Below are positions 27,215 to 32,000 of a stretch of DNA of 32,000 bases, piece by piece (position 1 is the stretch's first letter; each line of letters opens with the position of its first letter). The position numbers and the translations under genes were made by a program. Source of the stretch: Telmatocola sphagniphila (lineage in GTDB: Bacteria > Planctomycetota > Planctomycetia > Gemmatales > Gemmataceae); contig NZ_CP074694.1 of the NCBI RefSeq assembly GCF_018398935.1, positions 60,001-92,000 on the forward strand, given 5' to 3'. The notes beneath the pieces were generated by a model. The model worked only from the letters and a program-made list of their open reading frames with translations, had not been told where the DNA came from and ran no database searches.

Positions 27215-30034
27215 GAGCAAGGTCCCAAATTTCTGAGGTTTCCGATAAGCCGAAGCCAGCAGTTCCACCGGATGCCGGGCGGAACTGGCCGTCCACTGGT
27301 ATAGTTGTAGTCGGCAGGCGGAACATTCGGAAGTCGTGATTTGCCCTTTAGCCGCGAATACCGCCTCTTCGAGCGATTTACCGATATTCTTAGCCGCCGA
27401 GCGATTGCGTTTCATTAGCCCGAATTGGATTGCCAGGCCGGTACAGCCAGCATTCAGGTTGGTCGCGTTCGCCTCGGGTATATCCCGCAGCCAAAGCGGA
27501 TCGCTAGTCAACTTCGATTTGCGATGGCAGGGAGTGTGGTAGGCAATCTGTCCGTTTACAGCCTGGAAATCCTTTTTTAAATTCCCGCTCCGATAAAGCG
27601 AATTGAGGTAGTCGGTCAATTCCCACGTGGTGCCCCGAATTTTATTCAGATCCGATTCTTCCGGGAACAGCAGGCCCAGGTAGTTCTTTAAAACGGTGGC
27701 ATCCGCTGGCTCGATGCAAACGATCGGATAACCGGCGCGGGCGGCCTCCATCAGACGAGGTAAATGCTTCTGGAGCATCCTCTGAGCGTATGCTAGATCT
27801 CCCAGGAAGAGCGCACCCGCAACAGAGGGAATTGGCGGGTCGGCGAGTTCCACGCGAATCTGGTTCAGATTCAGAACTTCCAGAGCGGCCTCGGCAATTT
27901 GCGGATGAAGATAATTCACGCTCGTGCCTGGCAACAGCAGAATCGTCTGTTTTTCGTTTGCGATATTCGCCAGTTTTTTCTTGCGGCGGTGGAACGGCAC
28001 GGTCCGAAAAATCTCTCGGGGGGCCCGTATCTGCCGGCTCAAACCGGTCAGTCCTTGCAGCAACCGGCGCGTCAGACTGCCTCGGGCGATGAGGTTACTC
28101 AGGCGGGGAATGCGCGTGCCCCAGCGTAGCCAGCGTTCCGATCGGCTGATCCACCACTGAGGCCAGCTAAGCCCCTCTTCCGCGACGGAGGCAATTCGGC
28201 TCCCCAACATCAATCCGGGAATGTCGATCTCGGCCGAACAGCCCGTCCGGCACTGCATGCATTGAACGCAGGCAGAAGCGACTTCCCGCGCCTCGTCCGA
28301 TTCCGTTTTTTTCTCCTCGGGAATCTCGGGTAGCGAACGCAGGTAGTTCATCATTCCCCGGGGAGAACTGCCTTCGGTGCGCCAGCCGCGATGAGCCGGG
28401 CAGGTGCGTTCTTCCACACCTGTGGATTTGCAATCGGCGCAACCGTGGCAGTTTTCCGCCTGCGCCAGTTCGATCCGCGTGCTGGAACGATTGGAACGCA
28501 GCGGCCAAGCCGGTCGATTGGGATCCACTCGAATAATTTTCCCCGGATTTAACTGATCGCGCGGGTCGAAAATTCGCTTGATTTCCTGGTGAATCGGAAA
28601 CATTTCCCCCAATTGTTTTTCGATCCAGGGTGTGCGCGTTAATCCCGTGCCGTACTGGCTGCAAATCGTCCCGCCGAACTCGATAGCCAGAGAATTGAGT
28701 TGTTCGGCTAAGGGCCAGAGCTTTGCCCGATCTTCATCGTTCTTGAAATCGAAGATTGGCCGGATGTCCACCTGACCGGTGGCTGCCTGAATCTGGTAAG
28801 TCGCCGTGCAATCGAGCTCGCGCAGAATGCTTTCGGCTTGATTCAAAAACTCGGGAAGTTGGTCGATCGCGACGGCCAGATCGTTGGTGAAGGGCAGTGG
28901 ACGGGGACCACGCGAGAGGGAGTGGAATCCCCGTCGAGCAGAGTGCCGGAGCCTTAAATAAAGAGCTTGCGAATCGGTCTCAATCAATGGGTAAACCCAT
29001 TTGGCCCGATTCTGGATCCTCGCGATCGCATCCCGAGCATTCTCCGAGGCTTCCGCCAGGCTAGACTGTTCCCACTCGAGTATGAGGATTCCTTCGCAGT
29101 CCGTGGTGAGAATTCTGTCCCAATCCTCCGAGGTTTTTCGAATCAGCGTCAGTGCTCGGCGGTCGTAAACAGTGGCCAGTGATGGCATGCCGGGAATGAA
29201 ATCGCGGGCCGCGCTGCAGGCTTGCCCGAGATTTGCAAAACCGAACAGTACGGCCGCCACCCTGTTGGGTAGAGGGGATGTTCTCAAAGTCAGTTCGCTG
29301 AATAAACCCAGCGTCCCTTCCGAACCGGCAAGCATTACCGTATAGTCGATTTCTTCGGAGGCCGATCTCAGTCGCAAGCCATAGCCGGCATTATCGAAGG
29401 GATGGGAGGGGGCGCGATTCCTGATGACTTCCGCGTGATTTTGCACCAGTTGCTGAAGCTGTTCCCGAACCAGTTTCCATCGTCCGACCATGGAGTTGTC
29501 TTCGGCCAGAGAAATACATTCCCCCGTATCCAAAATGAGGCGGGCCGATTGCAGATGTTCGCGCGGCATGCCATGGGCGAGGCAGTTGGGCCCGGAGGAA
29601 TTGACCGCCATCCAGCCGCCGACCGTGCAGGTTTCATAATTGAACGGCGTCGGAGCGATGCGACGGTCGTGCTTAGACAGTATGCGATTCAGATCGGCGA
29701 GTAGAAGACCGGGTTGAACTCTTACGAAATCGGCACCGATCTCCAGCACTTCGCGTAAATGGCGCGAACAATCGACGATGATGCCGGAGCCGAGAGATTC
29801 ACCGCTCAGTCCGGTACCGGCTCCCCGCGCTACCACGGGAAGTGCGTGCGAGCTGGCGTAACTGACGATTTGCTGAAGATCGGACTCGCTCGTGGGACAG
29901 GCCACGGCGAGGGGCAGGATTTCAAAAGGGCTGGAGTCCGTGGAGTAGAGGGCGCAAGAAGTCGATTCGCTGGAAATCTCTCCGCGAAATTGGCGTCTCA
30001 GGTCCTGTTTCAGTGCCTTGAGCAAGCCTTCCAC
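26960..30034 (-). CDS. FAD-binding plus Fe-S (YdiJ / GlcD-GlcF-like) oxidoreductase that continues without a stop codon into a C-terminal MoaD/ThiS-type sulfur-carrier module
   Basis: The ORF is open from 30220, but that end overlaps folE. I prefer the GTG at 30034, which has GAGGA 9 nt upstream and lies 19 nt after the folE stop. The FAD_binding_4-like block is PLAVACPTSESDLQQIVSYASSHALPVVARGAGTGLSGESLG. Two ferredoxin-type Cys motifs are present: CHGCADCKSTGVEERTCP (28397-28450) and CVQCMQCRTGC (28238-28270). CCG-type Cys-rich motifs follow (YHTPCH, NAGCTGLA, SECSACRLQ). The last 84 codons are MoaD-like and end in IIPPVSGG followed by the stop codon. Confidence 0.85.
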   Translation of the reverse strand: MEGLLKALKQDLRRQFRGEISSESTSCALYSTDSSPFEILPLAVACPTSESDLQQIVSYASSHALPVVARGAGTGLSGESLGSGIIVDCSRHLREVLEIGADFVRVQPGLLLADLNRILSKHDRRIAPTPFNYETCTVGGWMAVNSSGPNCLAHGMPREHLQSARLILDTGECISLAEDNSMVGRWKLVREQLQQLVQNHAEVIRNRAPSHPFDNAGYGLRLRSASEEIDYTVMLAGSEGTLGLFSELTLRTSPLPNRVAAVLFGFANLGQACSAARDFIPGMPSLATVYDRRALTLIRKTSEDWDRILTTDCEGILILEWEQSSLAEASENARDAIARIQNRAKWVYPLIETDSQALYLRLRHSARRGFHSLSRGPRPLPFTNDLAVAIDQLPEFLNQAESILRELDCTATYQIQAATGQVDIRPIFDFKNDEDRAKLWPLAEQLNSLAIEFGGTICSQYGTGLTRTPWIEKQLGEMFPIHQEIKRIFDPRDQLNPGKIIRVDPNRPAWPLRSNRSSTRIELAQAENCHGCADCKSTGVEERTCPAHRGWRTEGSSPRGMMNYLRSLPEIPEEKKTESDEAREVASACVQCMQCRTGCSAEIDIPGLMLGSRIASVAEEGLSWPQWWISRSERWLRWGTRIPRLSNLIARGSLTRRLLQGLTGLSRQIRAPREIFRTVPFHRRKKKLANIANEKQTILLLPGTSVNYLHPQIAEAALEVLNLNQIRVELADPPIPSVAGALFLGDLAYAQRMLQKHLPRLMEAARAGYPIVCIEPADATVLKNYLGLLFPEESDLNKIRGTTWELTDYLNSLYRSGNLKKDFQAVNGQIAYHTPCHRKSKLTSDPLWLRDIPEANATNLNAGCTGLAIQFGLMKRNRSAAKNIGKSLEEAVFAAKGQITTSECSACRLQLYQWTASSARHPVELLASAYRKPQKFGTLLVKADQSTLQLFARFREEAKTDFLLVPTPPGSTIAHIRSFLRERWPTLTPLIQHSKFAANNEFVTEEYAIRSGDELSIIPPVSGG

Positions 30035-30053
30035 GGAGTCGATTCCTCGTGTA

Positions 30054-30713
30054 CTACCCGCCGGCCCGCAACCGGGGGGAATGTACCAGGGACAAAAATT
30101 CAGCGCGAGTCGCAGGGTTGGTCTTGAAGCTTCCCCGCATGGCACTGGTAATTGTAGTCGATCCGGTCTTTCGGACACCACGTAAAGACATGCAGCTGTG
30201 AGAAGCTTCCAGAACCACACCCGCGCCGATGGCGCCCAACTCGTTGAGCACCAGATCCGCGAGTTCCTCGGTCATCCGCTCCTGAACCTGCGGTCGGTGC
30301 GAAACCGCTTCGACAATACGGGCCAGTTTGCTCAAGCCCACCACCTTTCCCGAGGGCAGATAGGCGATGTGAGCCCGGCCGGTAAACGGCAACAGATGGT
30401 GTTCGCACATACTGTTGAAATCGATGTCGCGCACCAGCACCATTTCTTCGTGCTGAACATTGAATGTCTTTTTCAGATAAATCTTGGGATCGATTTTCAG
30501 TCCGGAGAAGACTTCCGCATACATGCGAGCCACGCGGGCAGGAGTTTCCAGCAGCCCGTCTCGTTCGGGGTCTTCCCCCACAGCCAGTAGGATCTCACGC
30601 ACCGCGTTTTGAATGCGTTGCAGGTCCACTGTATGCCCGGCCCCGGCAGGAGTTCCAGGCTCCCGCTTGACGATTCGATGATTTCGTTCTGGTTTAGTCA
30701 AAGTGGCTTCCAC
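30054..30713 (-). CDS. folE: GTP cyclohydrolase I (type 1)
   Basis: 219 aa with a GTG start at 30713. FolE blocks are [65 protein letters not shown] and [14 protein letters not shown]. Confidence 0.93.
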   Translation of the reverse strand: MEATLTKPERNHRIVKREPGTPAGAGHTVDLQRIQNAVREILLAVGEDPERDGLLETPARVARMYAEVFSGLKIDPKIYLKKTFNVQHEEMVLVRDIDFNSMCEHHLLPFTGRAHIAYLPSGKVVGLSKLARIVEAVSHRPQVQERMTEELADLVLNELGAIGAGVVLEASHSCMSLRGVRKTGSTTITSAMRGSFKTNPATRAEFLSLVHSPRLRAGG

Positions 30714-30900
30714 ACTTTAGCCCCATAATTGCAGAATTATATTGTACGTCTCATCAATAGACCGCCCCCGAATTTGTCGGCAAGAAATGCCAGAATTTGG
30801 TTGGATTTCTCATTTCGGTACTTTCGAATATGCCTAATATTGCGAACCAAACCCACGCTAACCGTATCATTATGCAAAATATAAAAACGGTTCCCCAGCC

Positions 30901-32000
30901 ATGTTCCTGACGATCTCCACAAGCCACTCTCCTGCAACCGATCTCGGCTATCTGCTGCACAAAAAGCCCGGCCGGCTACAATCTTTTTCTTTGAATTTCG
31001 GCCAGCTGCACGTGTTTTACACGGAAGCTTCGGAAGAGAAGTGCACAGCCGTGCTGCTTCTGGATATGGACGCGGTGGGCTGGACCCGCTCCCGGCCCGA
31101 CAAGCGGGGCGAAGCCGGTTTGCTTTACCAATATGTGAACGACCGGCCCTATGTCGCTTCTTCGTTCCTCAGCGTGGCGATTTCCCAGGTATTGGGTTCG
31201 GCCCTCAACGGCCGTTGCAAAGACCGCCCCGAACTTGCGGAGACGCCGATACCCTTAACGGTCAGTATTCCCGTACTCCCTTCGAGAGGGGGCGAAGGGT
31301 TTCTTCGAAAGTTGTTCGAGCCTCTGGGCTACCAGCTCGAATTGCGTCGACACCCGCTGGATCAAAATTTCACCGAGTGGGGGGAGAGTCGCTACTTCTT
31401 TTTGAAACTCTCGAAAACAGTTGTGCTGCACGAACTCTTGTCGCACTTGTATGTGCTGATACCGGTTCTCGATGCGGATAAGCACTACTGGATCGGCGAA
31501 GAAGAAGTTGCCAAGCTTTTAAAGCATGGCGAAGGCTGGTTGGAAACTCATCCGGAAAAAGCGGCCATCGTCGATCGATATCTGAAATACCGCGGCAACC
31601 TGGTTCAAGCCGCGCATGCCGGGCTGCTAGTGGCTTCCGAAGAACTCCCGGCTGATTCGGACCGCGTGGAAATCGAAGACGAAGTGGAGACCAAGATTCG
31701 CCTGCACGATTTGCGGCAAAACCGGGTCTGTGAAGTCCTGGTGGCGGAAGGGTGCCGGTCTGTGGTCGATCTCGGTTGCGGCGAAGGGAAACTCTTGACG
31801 CGACTTTGCCAGGAAAAGCAGTTCGAGAAGATTATCGGTGTCGATGTCTCCACTCGCTCGCTGGAAATCGCCGATCAGAAATTGCGGCGGCGCGGCGCCT
31901 ACGACGAACCGGATCGTTTGAAACTGTTACAGGGCTCGGCCGTCTATCGCGACGATCGGTTGGCGGGCTTCGATGGTCTTAGTCTCGTCGAAGTGGTGGA
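30901..32000 (+). CDS. hen1: Bacterial Hen1, the 3'-terminal RNA ribose 2'-O-methyltransferase of the Pnkp-Hen1 RNA repair system. This is the N-terminal 366 codons; the gene continues beyond the window end.
   Basis: I translated by hand from the ATG at 30901 and it stays open to base 32000. The N-terminus is MFLTISTSHSPATDLGYLLHKKPGRLQSFSLNFGQLHVFYTEASEEKCTAVLLLDMD. Later blocks are YQYVNDRPYVASSFLSVAISQVLGSALNGRCKDRPELAETPIPL, LPSRGGEGFLRKLFEPLGY and LLSHLYVLIPVLDADKHYWIGEEEVAKLLKHGEGWLETHPEK. The SAM-binding motif is VVDLGCGEGKLL. This closely matches bacterial Hen1 as I remember it. The ORF track misses it because there is no in-window stop codon, and it lists only wrong-frame ORFs here. 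Confidence 0.88.
   Translation, partial: MFLTISTSHSPATDLGYLLHKKPGRLQSFSLNFGQLHVFYTEASEEKCTAVLLLDMDAVGWTRSRPDKRGEAGLLYQYVNDRPYVASSFLSVAISQVLGSALNGRCKDRPELAETPIPLTVSIPVLPSRGGEGFLRKLFEPLGYQLELRRHPLDQNFTEWGESRYFFLKLSKTVVLHELLSHLYVLIPVLDADKHYWIGEEEVAKLLKHGEGWLETHPEKAAIVDRYLKYRGNLVQAAHAGLLVASEELPADSDRVEIEDEVETKIRLHDLRQNRVCEVLVAEGCRSVVDLGCGEGKLLTRLCQEKQFEKIIGVDVSTRSLEIADQKLRRRGAYDEPDRLKLLQGSAVYRDDRLAGFDGLSLVEVV

Noticed and set aside
28167-28664. 165-aa minus-strand ORF
   Set aside because: It is an alternative frame inside the FAD/Fe-S oxidoreductase gene.
30035-30220. 62-codon N-terminal extension of the oxidoreductase ORF (ATG at 30220)
   Set aside because: It would overlap folE by 167 nt. The extension shows no FAD-oxidase similarity, and the GTG at 30034 has a GAGGA Shine-Dalgarno.
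30714-30900. Possible Moco or THF riboswitch upstream of the folE-moa operon, and the small ORFs 30737..30937 and 30754..30960
   Set aside because: Reading the minus-strand leader, I found none of the conserved Moco-motif strings I remember and no convincing structure. The small ORFs sit in the AT-rich divergent promoter and overlap the hen1 start.
31041-31982. Track ORFs 31041..31481 (+), 31255..31485 (-), 31605..31853 (-) and 31752..31982 (+)
   Set aside because: All are wrong-frame or antisense relative to the hen1 frame, which is open from 30901 to the window end.

Overview
This window looks like a compact, mostly housekeeping chromosomal segment of a Planctomycetota genome, possibly Gemmatales-like. 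The lineage call rests on three families recognised from motifs only: a PSCyt1/DUF1549 protein, a DUF1559 pseudopilin-like protein, and a TIGR03000-domain protein. No searches were run.

I support 25 protein-coding genes. I found no rRNA, tRNA, CRISPR array, transposase or integrase.

Two real genes are missing from the supplied ORF track because they run off the window edges:
- a PSCyt1/DUF1549 gene at 1..1062 (-)
- a bacterial Hen1 RNA 2'-O-methyltransferase gene at 30901..>32000 (+)

Gene order:
- PSCyt1/DUF1549 (-)
- AraC regulator (+)
- BON-like secreted protein (-)
- FHA-GAF histidine kinase (-)
- acyltransferase-3 (+)
- fabH (+)
- MqnE/MqnC-family radical SAM enzyme (-)
- SGNH-like protein with DUF4214 repeats (+)
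- alaS (+)
- 170-aa hypothetical (+)
- NHL propeller (+)
- mfd (-)
- DUF2252 (+)
- 105-aa hypothetical (-)
- SDR oxidoreductase (+)
- SGNH-like partner plus MBOAT O-acyltransferase (+, 4-nt overlap)
- Cys-rich 159-aa hypothetical (+)
- DUF1559 (+)
- TIGR03000 (+)
- a minus-strand operon: folE, FAD/Fe-S oxidoreductase with MoaD fused in frame, moaE, moaA
- hen1 (+)

I did not find a convincing new multi-gene system. The most unusual observation is that the MoaD sulfur carrier has no stop codon separating it from a roughly 940-aa YdiJ/GlcD-GlcF-like FAD/Fe-S oxidoreductase inside the folE-moaE-moaA operon.

Secondary leads:
- the Hen1 RNA-repair cassette at the window edge
- an orphan FHA-GAF-histidine kinase
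- a roughly 33-aa insertion in the AlaRS catalytic domain
- several structured or repeat-bearing intergenic regions
- three uncharacterised small proteins

All family assignments come from reading the translations. None is database-verified.
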